From: an uncultured Verrucomicrobiae bacterium
Lineage (GTDB): Bacteria > Verrucomicrobiota > Verrucomicrobiia > Limisphaerales > Palsa-1400
Assembly (NCBI GenBank): GCA_963764165.1
Contig: CAVXRD010000002.1
Location: forward strand, 2,720,001 to 2,784,000
DNA length: 64,000 nucleotides
Direction: 5' to 3'
Part shown: one piece after another, positions 19,639-29,251 of the stretch
How positions within the stretch are numbered: the first letter of the stretch is position 1
Layout: the number at the start of each line of letters is the position of its first letter
Notes under the pieces: model-generated
What the model was told of the DNA's origin: nothing
The model's input: only the letters and a program-made list of their open reading frames with translations
Database searches by the model: none
Made by a program: the position numbers and the translations under genes

Positions 19639-20148
19639 ATGAATGATACACTTAAAGCCCTTTTCATCGAGGAATTGGAAGACATGTACGACGCCGAGCA
19701 ACGCATCACCAAGGCGCTTCCAAAACTTATCGAAGCCGCCACCTGCAAGGACTTGAAGGCGGGGCTGGAAAAACACCTCAAGGAAACAGAGGGCCAGATT
19801 GAAAAACTGAAGCAGGTCTTCAAAGCGTTCAATGCGGAACCGAACGCGGCAAAGTGCGAAGCCATCACCGGCATCCTGGCCGAAGGGGACACGATCGTGA
19901 AAAAGAACAAGAAAAATGCCGCGATCAACGCCGCCATCATTTCCGCCGCGCAAAAAGTGGAGCATTACGAAATCGCTTCCTACGGCACATTGAAATCCTG
20001 GGCCACCATCCTCGGCAACACCGAGGCTGCGAACATTATCGACCAGATTCTCGCGGAAGAGAAAAACGCGGACAAGAGCCTGAACGAATTGTCCGAAGAA
20101 AAGAACGAAGAGGCGCTGGAAGAAGCCGCGCCGGGCGCGCTGCGCTAA
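19639..20148 (+). CDS. yciF: YciE/YciF (DUF892) ferritin-like stress protein
   Basis: ELEDMYDAE, HLKETEGQ, AAQKVEHYEIASYGTL. Confidence 0.92.
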   Translation: MNDTLKALFIEELEDMYDAEQRITKALPKLIEAATCKDLKAGLEKHLKETEGQIEKLKQVFKAFNAEPNAAKCEAITGILAEGDTIVKKNKKNAAINAAIISAAQKVEHYEIASYGTLKSWATILGNTEAANIIDQILAEEKNADKSLNELSEEKNEEALEEAAPGALR

Positions 20149-20220
20149 GCCGGCGAACAAATTCCGGGCGCGCTCCGCGCATGGGGCACGGCGCGCGCCC
20201 GGTGGCGAAACGGAGGCAAT

Positions 20221-21222
20221 ATGAGTTTCATTACGAGGCGCGAATTCGTAAGACTGGCGGCGGCAGGCGCAGTCGCGGGGGCTGTGGCGCCTCACGCGCT
20301 GGGGATCGAACGCGGCAGCAGCGGCATGATTTATCGCGCGCTCGGCAGCACGGGCGAAAAAGTTTCAGCCATCGGCCTTGGTGGTTTTCACATTGGAAAT
20401 CCGCTGCTGGACAGCGAGGGCATTAAGATTATTCGCAGCGCCATTGATCGCGGCATCACTTTCATGGACAACTCATGGGATTATCACGAAGGCAAGAGCG
20501 AAATCCGCATGGGAAAAGCCCTGCGCGACGGTTATCGCGAAAAGGTTTTTCTGATGACCAAAATCGATGGCCGCAGCCACGAGGGCGCGGCCCGGCAGAT
20601 CGACGAAAGCCTGCGGCGCTTGCAGACGGACCATCTCGATTTGCTCCAATTTCACGAGATCATTCGCATGAATGATCCGGACAGAATATTTGCCAAAGGC
20701 GGCGCGCTGGAGGCGGCACAGGCAGCGAAAGCGGCGGGAAAAATTCGATATATCGGCTTTACGGGGCACAAGGATCCATCCATCCATCTGCATATGCTTG
20801 AGGTTGCGCGCGAGCACGGCTTCAAATTCGACACCGTGCAGATGCCGCTCAACGTGATGGATGCCCACTATCGCAGCTTCGAGCATCAAGTCCTGCCGGT
20901 GCTCGTGAAGGAGAATATTGGAGTCCTCGGGATGAAGTCGATGGGATCCGGAGATATTTTAAAGAGCAAGGTCGTCAAACCCATCGAATGCCTGCATTAC
21001 GCGCTGAACCTGCCGACCTCCGTTGTCATCAATGGTATTGACAGCATGAAGCTGCTGGATCAGGCGTTCGAAGCCGCGAGAACTTTCGAGCCGCTCAGCC
21101 CGGATGCCGTCGCCGCCTTGCTGGCCAGAACCAGCGATGCCGCCTCGGCGGGAAAATTCGAGCGTTTCAAAACAACGGAACATTATGATACGACAGCCCA
21201 GAATCCGAAGTATCTTAGCTAG
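20221..21222 (+). CDS. Aldo/keto reductase with Tat-like leader
   Basis: TRREF; GITFMDNSWDY; SLRRLQTDHLDL; GKIRYIGFTGH. Confidence 0.92.
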   Translation: MSFITRREFVRLAAAGAVAGAVAPHALGIERGSSGMIYRALGSTGEKVSAIGLGGFHIGNPLLDSEGIKIIRSAIDRGITFMDNSWDYHEGKSEIRMGKALRDGYREKVFLMTKIDGRSHEGAARQIDESLRRLQTDHLDLLQFHEIIRMNDPDRIFAKGGALEAAQAAKAAGKIRYIGFTGHKDPSIHLHMLEVAREHGFKFDTVQMPLNVMDAHYRSFEHQVLPVLVKENIGVLGMKSMGSGDILKSKVVKPIECLHYALNLPTSVVINGIDSMKLLDQAFEAARTFEPLSPDAVAALLARTSDAASAGKFERFKTTEHYDTTAQNPKYLS

Positions 21223-22360
21223 AAACACCAGCCCGCTCGGAAAAAACGGCGGGCGCCACGCGTCCGGCAAAATTCGCTACGCCGTCGTGGGCCTCGGGCA
21301 CATCGCCCAGAACGCCATCCTGCCAGCGTTCGAACATGCCGGCAAAAACTCCGAACTCACCACGCTTTTTTCCGATGATCCAGTGAAGCTGCGCGCCATG
21401 GCCCGCCAGTACGGGGCGCAAAACACATTTGATTACCAGGATTACGACGCGGCCTTGCGCTCGGGGGAGTTTGATGCGGTTTATGTCGCAGTGCCGAATA
21501 ATCTGCACGCCGATTATTGCAGGCGCGCGGCTGAGGCTGGCATTCACGTGCTTTGCGAAAAGCCGCTGGCGGCGGATGAGGACGAGTGCCAGGAAATCAT
21601 TGAAGCCTGCGCCGAAAATCGCGTGGAACTCATGACCGCCTACCGTCTGCATTTTGAGCGCGGAAACTTGGAAGCGGTTGAATTGGTGCGCTCCGGCAAG
21701 ATCGGTGAGCCGAGGATTTTCAATTCCGTTTTCTCGCAGCAGGTGACGCCGGACAATATCCGCACGCGAGGCAAGACAGCCTCCGGCACCCTTTATGATA
21801 TTGGCGTCTATTGCATCAATGCGGCGCGATATATCTTTCAATCCGAACCGACGGAAGGCTTCTGCTTCTCCGCCACGGGCGACGATCCGCGCTTCAAGGA
21901 TGTCGAGGAAATGACCTCGGCCGTTCTTCGTTTTCCCGGCGAGCGGCTGGCCAATTTCACCGCCAGCTTCGGCGCGGCCGAGACCGCGAGCTTCGAAGTG
22001 ATCGGAACGAAGGGAAAGCTCCGCGTGAGCCAGGCTTACGATTATTCCATGCCCGTGATCCTCGAATTGACCGTGGGAGGAAGGACGAGGAAAAGATTTT
22101 TCAATTTGCGAGATCAATTTGCCCCGGAGCTTGTTTACTTTTCCGATTGCATTCTCAACCACAAGACGCCGGAACCCTCTGGAATTGAAGGCTTGGTGGA
22201 CGTTCACATTATCCGCTCTCTGTATGAATCAGCGCGAAAAGGCAGGCCAGTGAAATTGAAATCGCTCACAAGGCGCGTCCGTCCCACCATGCGCCAGGAA
22301 ATTTACCGCCGGCCTGTGGCGAAGCCTCGTTTAGTTCACGTCGAGGCTCCTTCCAAATAA
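21185..22360 (+). CDS. Gfo/Idh/MocA oxidoreductase
   Basis: VVGLGHIA, HVLCEKP, DIGVYCIN; start codon uncertain. Confidence 0.9.
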   Translation: MIRQPRIRSILARNTSPLGKNGGRHASGKIRYAVVGLGHIAQNAILPAFEHAGKNSELTTLFSDDPVKLRAMARQYGAQNTFDYQDYDAALRSGEFDAVYVAVPNNLHADYCRRAAEAGIHVLCEKPLAADEDECQEIIEACAENRVELMTAYRLHFERGNLEAVELVRSGKIGEPRIFNSVFSQQVTPDNIRTRGKTASGTLYDIGVYCINAARYIFQSEPTEGFCFSATGDDPRFKDVEEMTSAVLRFPGERLANFTASFGAAETASFEVIGTKGKLRVSQAYDYSMPVILELTVGGRTRKRFFNLRDQFAPELVYFSDCILNHKTPEPSGIEGLVDVHIIRSLYESARKGRPVKLKSLTRRVRPTMRQEIYRRPVAKPRLVHVEAPSK

Positions 22361-22529
22361 AGGTAGGGACGCCTCGCCGAGGCGTCCGGGGACGTGGAGG
22401 TTTGTGGGCGTGTTAATTCGTCCAGAGATCTGGCGGGACGAAAGCCTCCTCGCGAAAGTCCGGATTAAGAAGAGAAGCGCGTGCGAAATGTGCCACGGCC
22501 TCGGACGCCTCGGCGAGGCGTCCCTACCT
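22361..22529. repeat. GTAG-family REP doublet
   Basis: aggtagggacgcctcgccgaggcgtcc ... ggacgcctcggcgaggcgtccctacct. Confidence 0.9.
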
Positions 22530-22616
22530 CGCTTCGCGAAAAAAAGCGGGCATTCCGCTCTCGCGGAATGCCGTAATTTCAGACAGGGTTCGGGCCCCCT
22601 GACGCCATAATTCGGC

Positions 22617-23054
22617 TTAATTCGACATCTTCGAAACAGCCTTGTCATACGAATTCTGCAAGCTGTCCCAAGCGGACTGGAAGGCGGCCTTTGTCTTGTC
22701 CCACGAGTCGTGGGGAGATGCCTTCAGTTCGTCATACTGCTTGCGCACGGCTTCGCGCTGCGAGCGCAAGTCGGCAATCGCCTCGTCCTCCCGAACCTTC
22801 TTGTCGCCGGTGGCGGTGGCGGATTTGGCGTTAAGTTTGTCAATTTTCACGTCCAGCTCCGCGATGCGCTTGTCCATCTGGGCAAGATATTGGTCGCGCG
22901 TTTCCGCGGCGGCTTCATGAGCGGCCTCATGGGCGGCGACCGCTGTATCCTGAGGAGGAGGCGGTGGCGGCGGTGGCGGAACTTCGGAGCGATTGCAGGC
23001 CGTCAAAATCCCGGAGGATAATGCGACAATCAGAATGTAAGGTTTTGTATTCAT
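22617..23054 (-). CDS. Coiled-coil lipoprotein
   Basis: LTAC lipobox, poly-Pro linker, amphipathic helices. Confidence 0.8.
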   Translation of the reverse strand: MNTKPYILIVALSSGILTACNRSEVPPPPPPPPPQDTAVAAHEAAHEAAAETRDQYLAQMDKRIAELDVKIDKLNAKSATATGDKKVREDEAIADLRSQREAVRKQYDELKASPHDSWDKTKAAFQSAWDSLQNSYDKAVSKMSN

Positions 23055-23068
23055 TTTTCCTTTCTATG

Positions 23069-23084
23069 CGCAAAGTCCATGCCC
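23069..23084 (-). promoter_or_regulatory. sigma54-type promoter (lipoprotein)
   Basis: GGGCatggacttTGCG, 14 nt before the ATG. Confidence 0.55.
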
Positions 23085-23136
23085 CCGGCCAGAGCCTCAA
23101 GGCCCTCGTCGGGCGGCGAAATTCGACGCAAATCGT

Positions 23137-23331
23137 TCATTGTTCGAAACAGTCGTCGATAAATTTCTGCACCGCTTCCTTTGTGTCGCCGGTGCGCTTT
23201 TGGATGCGGCCGATCAATTCATCGTCTTTGCCTTCCTCGTAGCGAAGGTCATTGTCAGTGAGTTGGGCGTATTTCTGTTTGAGCTTGCCCTTGGCGATAT
23301 TCCAGTCGCCCTTGATATGAAGTGTGTTCAT
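23137..23331 (-). CDS. csbD: CsbD/YjbJ family stress protein
   Basis: IKGDWNIAKGKLKQKYAQLTDNDL..ELIGRIQKRTG. Confidence 0.93.
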   Translation of the reverse strand: MNTLHIKGDWNIAKGKLKQKYAQLTDNDLRYEEGKDDELIGRIQKRTGDTKEAVQKFIDDCFEQ

Positions 23332-23400
23332 TTATACCTCTCTTGTTTGATGATATTTCGAGAGCACTCGACAGGCTCCCTTATGTTCCATACTTGACAT

Positions 23401-23416
23401 AGCATGGGAAGGGCCA
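23401..23416 (-). promoter_or_regulatory. sigma54-type promoter (csbD)
   Basis: TGGCccttcccaTGCT, ~70 nt upstream of the ATG. Confidence 0.55.
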
Positions 23417-23527
23417 AGCCTCGGGTGCGGCAATGCAAAGCTGAATTATCAGGGAAAACGCCGGAAAACCGTTCGGGGGCGTGTGCTTTTTGCGAAAATC
23501 TGTGCTAAATGCAACGCTTCATCCCCC

Positions 23528-25099
23528 TTAGTTTTTCGCTTGGCCCGCTCCGTCCCATCCACCGCCTAGAGCTTTGTATAATGCGACAATGTCGGTGCAG
23601 ATGGACTGGCTCGATTGCGCAAGGGCGTCCTCGGCGGTGAGCGCATTTTGCTGGGCTTGGAGGACGTTCAGAAAATCAATCAACCCCTGATCAAAATCCT
23701 TCTGCGCAAGATCAACCGCCAGGCGGGCATTGCCGGCGGCATCGACCAAACTTCGACGGCGGTTCAGATCTGACGTGTAGACAGCCAGCGCGTCCTCCAC
23801 TTCCTGCAACGCTTTCAAGATAGTTTCGCGATAACGCAAGGCGGATTCGTCCTTCATCGCCTTCTGCAGTTTCACGTTCGACGCTATTCGGCCCGCATCA
23901 AAAATCCGCCAGCTCACGGTCGGGCTGATCAGAAAATAGCGGCTCTCCCAATTGAATAAGGTGCTGGGCGAAGTGGAATCCAGACCCGCCTGTCCGGTAA
24001 CGGCAAATTTCGGATACAAATCCGCCACCGCCACGCCGATGCGCGCGCTGGCCGCCGCCAGTTGGCGCTCGCTGGCGCGAATGTCAGGCCGCCTGTCAAG
24101 CAATTGGGATGGGATTCCCACCGGCACTTCCGGCGGCGTGACGGGCAGCGGCGCAACGGGAGCCAGTTCCGCGCTGAGTTCATTGGGCTCCTTGCCGACG
24201 AGAATGGACAGGGCGTGGATCATGCGGCGAACTCCGGATTCGAGCGGCGGAATGGCGGCAGCCGTCGTGTCTCTTTGGGCAGCCGCGCGCGCCACATCCA
24301 ACTCCGTGGCCAGGCCGAATTTTTGTTTTGACCTGATGACATCCACCGTCGCGGTTTGCGTTTCGAGATTCGTTCGCGCGATGCCGAGGCGCAATTGTCC
24401 GCCGCGAAGTTCCAGATAACTTCGAGCCACTTCCGCCATCATGCTCACCAGCACGTCCCTCTTGTTTTCGACGGCGCCTGTCATGGTGGCGGCGGCCGCT
24501 TCGACGCTTCGGCGTTTGCCGCCGAATACATCAATCTCCCAGCTCGCATCAAATCCAGCCTGATAAATGTCCGTCGTGGCGCCGGGCAATCCGCCTTGGC
24601 CGAAGGCGGTCAGCGGCGGCGAACTCGCCCCCTGGCTGGCGATTTCCGTGGCCTGGCTTTTTGAACGCGCGGAAGTTCGATCCGCCGATCCGCTGTTGCC
24701 GGATCCGCCACTCGCACTGCCGCCGCTGCTCGCGCCGCCTCCCAACGGCAGGACAACATTCTTGCTCCCGCGGGCTTTTAAATATCCGCCGTCAGTATTG
24801 ACTTGCGGAAACAAATCCGCGACCGCCATGTTTCTTTGATAGCGTGATTGCGAAATTCTTAACGACGCCATTTGCAAATCATAATTTCCCGCCAGTGCCA
24901 GCGCGACGAGGTGGTTCAACTCGGGATCGTTGAAGGTCTGCCACCATGCAGCGGACGCTGAGTTCGTTGTCACAGCAGAGGCAGGCTCGCTGAATTTGGC
25001 CTCAACCTTCTCCGCGGGGCGGTGATAGTTTGGCCCAACTTCGCATCCCGCAAACAGGAGCGAGGCGGCAAGGCATGGAATAATCGAAGCGAAGCGCAT
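23528..25099 (-). CDS. Outer membrane efflux lipoprotein (NodT/OprM family)
   Basis: FAGC lipobox, ASWEIDVFG, PSQLLDRRPDI, LYKALGGGW. Confidence 0.93.
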   Translation of the reverse strand: MRFASIIPCLAASLLFAGCEVGPNYHRPAEKVEAKFSEPASAVTTNSASAAWWQTFNDPELNHLVALALAGNYDLQMASLRISQSRYQRNMAVADLFPQVNTDGGYLKARGSKNVVLPLGGGASSGGSASGGSGNSGSADRTSARSKSQATEIASQGASSPPLTAFGQGGLPGATTDIYQAGFDASWEIDVFGGKRRSVEAAAATMTGAVENKRDVLVSMMAEVARSYLELRGGQLRLGIARTNLETQTATVDVIRSKQKFGLATELDVARAAAQRDTTAAAIPPLESGVRRMIHALSILVGKEPNELSAELAPVAPLPVTPPEVPVGIPSQLLDRRPDIRASERQLAAASARIGVAVADLYPKFAVTGQAGLDSTSPSTLFNWESRYFLISPTVSWRIFDAGRIASNVKLQKAMKDESALRYRETILKALQEVEDALAVYTSDLNRRRSLVDAAGNARLAVDLAQKDFDQGLIDFLNVLQAQQNALTAEDALAQSSQSICTDIVALYKALGGGWDGAGQAKN

Positions 25100-25102
25100 G
25101 AG

Positions 25103-26689
25103 CTAATGGCCTTGCGGCGCCTTTCCGAGTTCAACTTTCTTGAGAAAAAACGTGAGCGCAGCCGCCGCAAAGCAGAAATAGACCATGAACATGAAAACGT
25201 CCAAATAAGAGAGCATCGCCGCCTGGGTTTGCATCGCGTGGGAAACCATCGCCAGCGCCCGCTTGCCCGCTGTCACTTGATCGGCCCCAAAAGAAACCAG
25301 CCGGCCGCTGATGGCGCCCAGCCTGGCGTGAAGCGCGAGGGAGGTGGGGGTCAGCGATGAAACCAGACGATCCTGATGTGTTTGACTGCGGCGCGCCAGC
25401 ATGGTTGCCCCGACGGAGATTCCGACGCTGCCGCCCAGGTTGCGCATGAGATTAATCAGGGCGGAGGCATTGTTTGATTTTCCCGGCGGCAGATTCGAGT
25501 AGGCCAGCGTATTGATGGGGACGAACAGAAAGCCAAGCCCCGCCGCCTGAAACATGCGCGAGATCGCCGCCGCCTTGAACGAAATTTCCGTGTCGAAACG
25601 GGCCAGATGATCCATTGCAAAACCGACCACAATAAATCCGAAGGCAATCAAGTATCTGGGCTGCACCTTCTTCAAGAGGAGGCCGACAATCGGCATGCAA
25701 CACATGATGACAAGCCCTCCCGGCATCAAAAGAAGCCCCGCCTTCGTGGCATCGTAAGGAAGGAGTTCCTGCACAAATTGCGGAAGCAATTGCGTGGTGG
25801 ATTGCAGAACGAAAAGTGTGGCGAACATCATCACGTTCGTGAAGAGGAAGCTGCGATTGCGGAACATGGGGATGTCAACAATCGGTTCTTGGGTGAAAAA
25901 AAGCTCCCAAATGGTCCCTCCAATCAGCCCGATCGCGCTGAGAATCACCAGCGTGGTGATGAAGCTGCTGCCGAACCAATCGTCTTCCTGCCCCTTGTCC
26001 AGCACCACTTGCAGCGCGCCCAGGCCAACCGCGATGAGCGCAAAGCCGATGTAATCCACCTTGATGCCGCCGCGCGTCGCCTTTTCGTGCTCCTCCTTTG
26101 CGGACTCGGAATCCTCCACGAGGATGGACGTCATGATCAGCGACAAAATGCCGACCGGAATGTTGATGAAAAAAATCCAGCGCCAGGAAAAGCTGTCTGT
26201 AATCCATCCACCCAGCGCGGGGCCAAGGGCCGGCGCCACCACCACCGCCACTCCGTAGACCGCGAACGCCATTCCACGCTGCTCGGCGGAAAATGTATCG
26301 GTCAAAATCGCCTGTTCCGAAGGCGCCAATCCTCCTCCGCCAATGCCTTGAAAAATCCGGCACAAGAGCAGGATGCCCAGCGTTGGCGCGAGCCCGCACG
26401 CAAGCGAACTCACCGTGAACAACGCCACGCAGCCCATGTAAAATCTCTTCCGTCCGAAGATGGAAGCCAGCCATCCGCTGATGGGCACCACGATGGCGTT
26501 GCTCACCAGGTAACTCGTCAGCACCCAAGTCGATTCGCTTTGATCGGCTCCGACGCTGCCCGCGATGTGACGAAGCGCAACATTCGCGATGGACGTATCC
26601 ATCACCTCCATGAACGTCGCCATGGAAACCGTCACGGCGATCAGCCATGGGTTTGTCGCACGCTTGCCGCCTTTCTTTTCTTCCGCCAT
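25103..26689 (-). CDS. emrB: DHA2 MFS efflux permease (EmrB-like)
   Basis: DTSIANVAL, WVLTSYL, WRWIFFINIPVG. Confidence 0.93.
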   Translation of the reverse strand: MAEEKKGGKRATNPWLIAVTVSMATFMEVMDTSIANVALRHIAGSVGADQSESTWVLTSYLVSNAIVVPISGWLASIFGRKRFYMGCVALFTVSSLACGLAPTLGILLLCRIFQGIGGGGLAPSEQAILTDTFSAEQRGMAFAVYGVAVVVAPALGPALGGWITDSFSWRWIFFINIPVGILSLIMTSILVEDSESAKEEHEKATRGGIKVDYIGFALIAVGLGALQVVLDKGQEDDWFGSSFITTLVILSAIGLIGGTIWELFFTQEPIVDIPMFRNRSFLFTNVMMFATLFVLQSTTQLLPQFVQELLPYDATKAGLLLMPGGLVIMCCMPIVGLLLKKVQPRYLIAFGFIVVGFAMDHLARFDTEISFKAAAISRMFQAAGLGFLFVPINTLAYSNLPPGKSNNASALINLMRNLGGSVGISVGATMLARRSQTHQDRLVSSLTPTSLALHARLGAISGRLVSFGADQVTAGKRALAMVSHAMQTQAAMLSYLDVFMFMVYFCFAAAALTFFLKKVELGKAPQGH

Positions 26690-26695
26690 AAAGCC

Positions 26696-27889
26696 TCATC
26701 GCACCTTGACCCGCGGGATGACGGATTGTCCGGGAGAAAGCATGGGCGCGTTGTTGGTGTTGGCGTCGTGCTCGAAAATGATTTTGACAGGAATGCGCTG
26801 GACGACCTTCACGTAATTGCCCGTCGCATTTTCCGCCGGCAGCACACTGAAGCGCGAACCGGAGCCGGCTTGAATGGAATCGACGCGGCCGTGAAGTTTC
26901 AGCTTCGGGAACGCGTCGACTTTGATCGTGACGTCCTGCCCCTGGCGCAAATGCGTGAGCTGGGTTTCCTTAAAATTTGCGGTGACCCAAACGTTCGGAT
27001 CGACAAGCATGAACAACGCCTGCCCGATGGTCACAAAATTTCCGACTTCCACAGTTCGCTCCGTGACGCGGCCGCTGACGGGCGACACAATTTTGCAATA
27101 CCCGAGGTTCACTTCGGCGCGATGGACGCTGGCGGCGGACGTTTGCAACTCGCCTTCCGCCGCTTTCACCATGGCCTCGGCTGTCGTCACGCTGGCATTG
27201 GCCGACACGCGCGAGGCCTTGGCGCGGTCAAGCTGGGCATGCGCATTTTTCTCCGAGGTGGTGGCGTTGTCCAACTGCTGTTGCGAACGGGCGCGCGCGT
27301 CGACTTCCTGGTAGCGTTTCGCGTCGCGGATGGCGTTGTCATATGTAATTTGCGCCGCTTCCACTTCCGCATCGGCCTGCACGACGGAAGCCTTCGCCGA
27401 GCCTACCTGCGCCTTTGCCTGTTCAAGGCGGCCCTGCGCGGCGGCGACTTGGGCTTTGGCCTGCTCAAGGGCCACCAGATAATCGGTCGGATCCAGTTCT
27501 GCCAGCACCTCGCCGGTGTGGACAAATTGATTGTCATCGATGTGCAGGGCAATGACCCGCGCGGAAACCTGCGGGCTGATTTGCGAGACGTGCCCGTCAA
27601 TGTAAGCGTCGTCTGTCGAGACATATTGCCGAAGAATCAACCACAGGACGACGCAAGTCGCGATGACAAGCAACAAGACAATCGGGAATCCGATAAGAAA
27701 TCCGCGCCGCTTGTAAAGGGGCGGTTTTTTGGGCTTCTCTTCCTCGTGGGAGTTTTTGTTGCCAGAAGATTTCTCGCCCTCCGCATCCTTTCCCGGCGAT
27801 TTTTTTTGATCATCTGATTTCGATTCAGGTTCTTGTTGACGGCTAGCTTCGCCGTCTTTCTTTATCTCCGTTTGCCCTTCCTGGCTCAT
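26696..27889 (-). CDS. emrA: HlyD/EmrA membrane fusion protein
   Basis: STDDAYID, ANFKETQ, FSVLPAENATGNYVKVVQRIPV. Confidence 0.93.
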   Translation of the reverse strand: MSQEGQTEIKKDGEASRQQEPESKSDDQKKSPGKDAEGEKSSGNKNSHEEEKPKKPPLYKRRGFLIGFPIVLLLVIATCVVLWLILRQYVSTDDAYIDGHVSQISPQVSARVIALHIDDNQFVHTGEVLAELDPTDYLVALEQAKAQVAAAQGRLEQAKAQVGSAKASVVQADAEVEAAQITYDNAIRDAKRYQEVDARARSQQQLDNATTSEKNAHAQLDRAKASRVSANASVTTAEAMVKAAEGELQTSAASVHRAEVNLGYCKIVSPVSGRVTERTVEVGNFVTIGQALFMLVDPNVWVTANFKETQLTHLRQGQDVTIKVDAFPKLKLHGRVDSIQAGSGSRFSVLPAENATGNYVKVVQRIPVKIIFEHDANTNNAPMLSPGQSVIPRVKVR

Positions 27890-27902
27890 CGCGGCCCCCT
27901 CT

Positions 27903-27918
27903 AGCTAGCGGTGTGCCA
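27903..27918 (-). promoter_or_regulatory. sigma54-type promoter (efflux operon)
   Basis: TGGCacaccgctAGCT, 13 nt before the ATG. Confidence 0.62.
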
Positions 27919-28001
27919 TAAGCATTCGTTTGATTGTTCTATGAACCCGACTCCCTCAATTGCAATTTGCACGACCCGCCCCTTCTTATTGCAATTTGCA
28001 T

Positions 28002-29162
28002 TTACGGTATCGAAAGCGCACACCGGAAGCCGATGTTGCTGGCCGAATCCGTGGGCTGATTTCCATATCGATACGAGTTGCGGCAATCCACCGCGTAGTA
28101 GTTCCAATTTCCGCCGCGCCCGACGCGACCGGAGCCTTGATCGGTAGGGCCGCGCGGGTCGGATTGCCAGACGCTTGGATATTGGCCGGCATAATCCCAG
28201 CACCACTCCCAAGCGTTTCCAGCCATGTCATAGAGGCCATAGCCGTTCGGCGCAAACGAGCCAACCGGGCTCGTGTAAGGCATCGAGCCGCTGTCAAAGT
28301 ACTCGTCGTAGCCCGATTCAGGATTGAGGTCGTAAGCATAGGAATTGCTGGCGGCGTAATAGTTCGCGCGCTGCCATGTGATCGTGTCGGTATCCGTCCA
28401 AGGGAAACGATGTCCGGGGACGCCGCCGCGCGCGGCTTTCTCCCATTCCGACTCCGTGGGCAGGCGGTACCCGGAATGCCAATTGACATAGGGCGCCACC
28501 TGGCCGGTTTTGTAAACCTGGGTCATCGCAGCATCGGTGTAATATGCGGGGACGCGCCCTTCCATCTGCGAGCGCGCGTTGCAAAACTTCACGATGTCAT
28601 ACCAATCAATCTCAAGAACCGGATGGTTCGTGGCGTGCCCGGTCCCGGGATAATCGTAGCTATAACCGTTGGTGATGCTCCATCCGACGACCTTGTCCCA
28701 CAAGCCGAGCGTGACTTCGTATTTATCCATGTAAAAGGCGCTGCAGAACACCGGATGCAGGGGCAATTCGTAGGAGGCCCCTTCGTAAAACGTGTCGCCC
28801 ATGATGAAGGTTCCCGGCGGGATCAACGCCATGTTGGGCGGATTAGTGATCCAGTTCGGGTCTGCCACGCGATAAAAAAGCTGGGAGCCGGAAGGATTGA
28901 TCGTATCTGAAAATGTATATGGATTCGTCGTGACGACGATGTTGCTCTTCACTGTCCAATGGATCAGATCCGTCGAAGTTATAATTTGATTGGTGAAGCC
29001 AACTTCCCCAAGGATCGTCATTTGCAAGGTGGTCCCGGTGGCAGTGTAATTGCTGAAAACAGGCTGGCTAAAGGCGGCAGATGCAATGGAGATCGCCGCA
29101 GTGAACGCTAACAAAGGGGCGCGTCCGAGCCGGAATGCGCGCGCAAAAGATATGTCTTTCAT
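28002..29162 (-). CDS. Secreted FGE-sulfatase (SUMF1-fold) domain protein
   Basis: Signal peptide; YRLPTESEWEKAARGG, NGYGLYDMAGNAWEWCWD, RGGNW..GFR. Confidence 0.9.
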   Translation of the reverse strand: MKDISFARAFRLGRAPLLAFTAAISIASAAFSQPVFSNYTATGTTLQMTILGEVGFTNQIITSTDLIHWTVKSNIVVTTNPYTFSDTINPSGSQLFYRVADPNWITNPPNMALIPPGTFIMGDTFYEGASYELPLHPVFCSAFYMDKYEVTLGLWDKVVGWSITNGYSYDYPGTGHATNHPVLEIDWYDIVKFCNARSQMEGRVPAYYTDAAMTQVYKTGQVAPYVNWHSGYRLPTESEWEKAARGGVPGHRFPWTDTDTITWQRANYYAASNSYAYDLNPESGYDEYFDSGSMPYTSPVGSFAPNGYGLYDMAGNAWEWCWDYAGQYPSVWQSDPRGPTDQGSGRVGRGGNWNYYAVDCRNSYRYGNQPTDSASNIGFRCALSIP

Positions 29163-29251
29163 TCTTGACGAACGATAGCAATCGCGCCCGTTCGTCAGGA
29201 TAGAGACTTCACCCCAATCCGTGCGTCAACTTATGGTAGCGCCCGTGACAT

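Noticed and set aside
25607..27817. 736-aa plus-strand ORF
   Set aside because: Antisense shadow of emrB/emrA in GC-rich DNA.
28002..28140. FGE/CLec-fold C-terminus as a possible DGR variable region
   Set aside because: No template repeat and no reverse transcriptase seen in the window; a remote DGR cannot be excluded.
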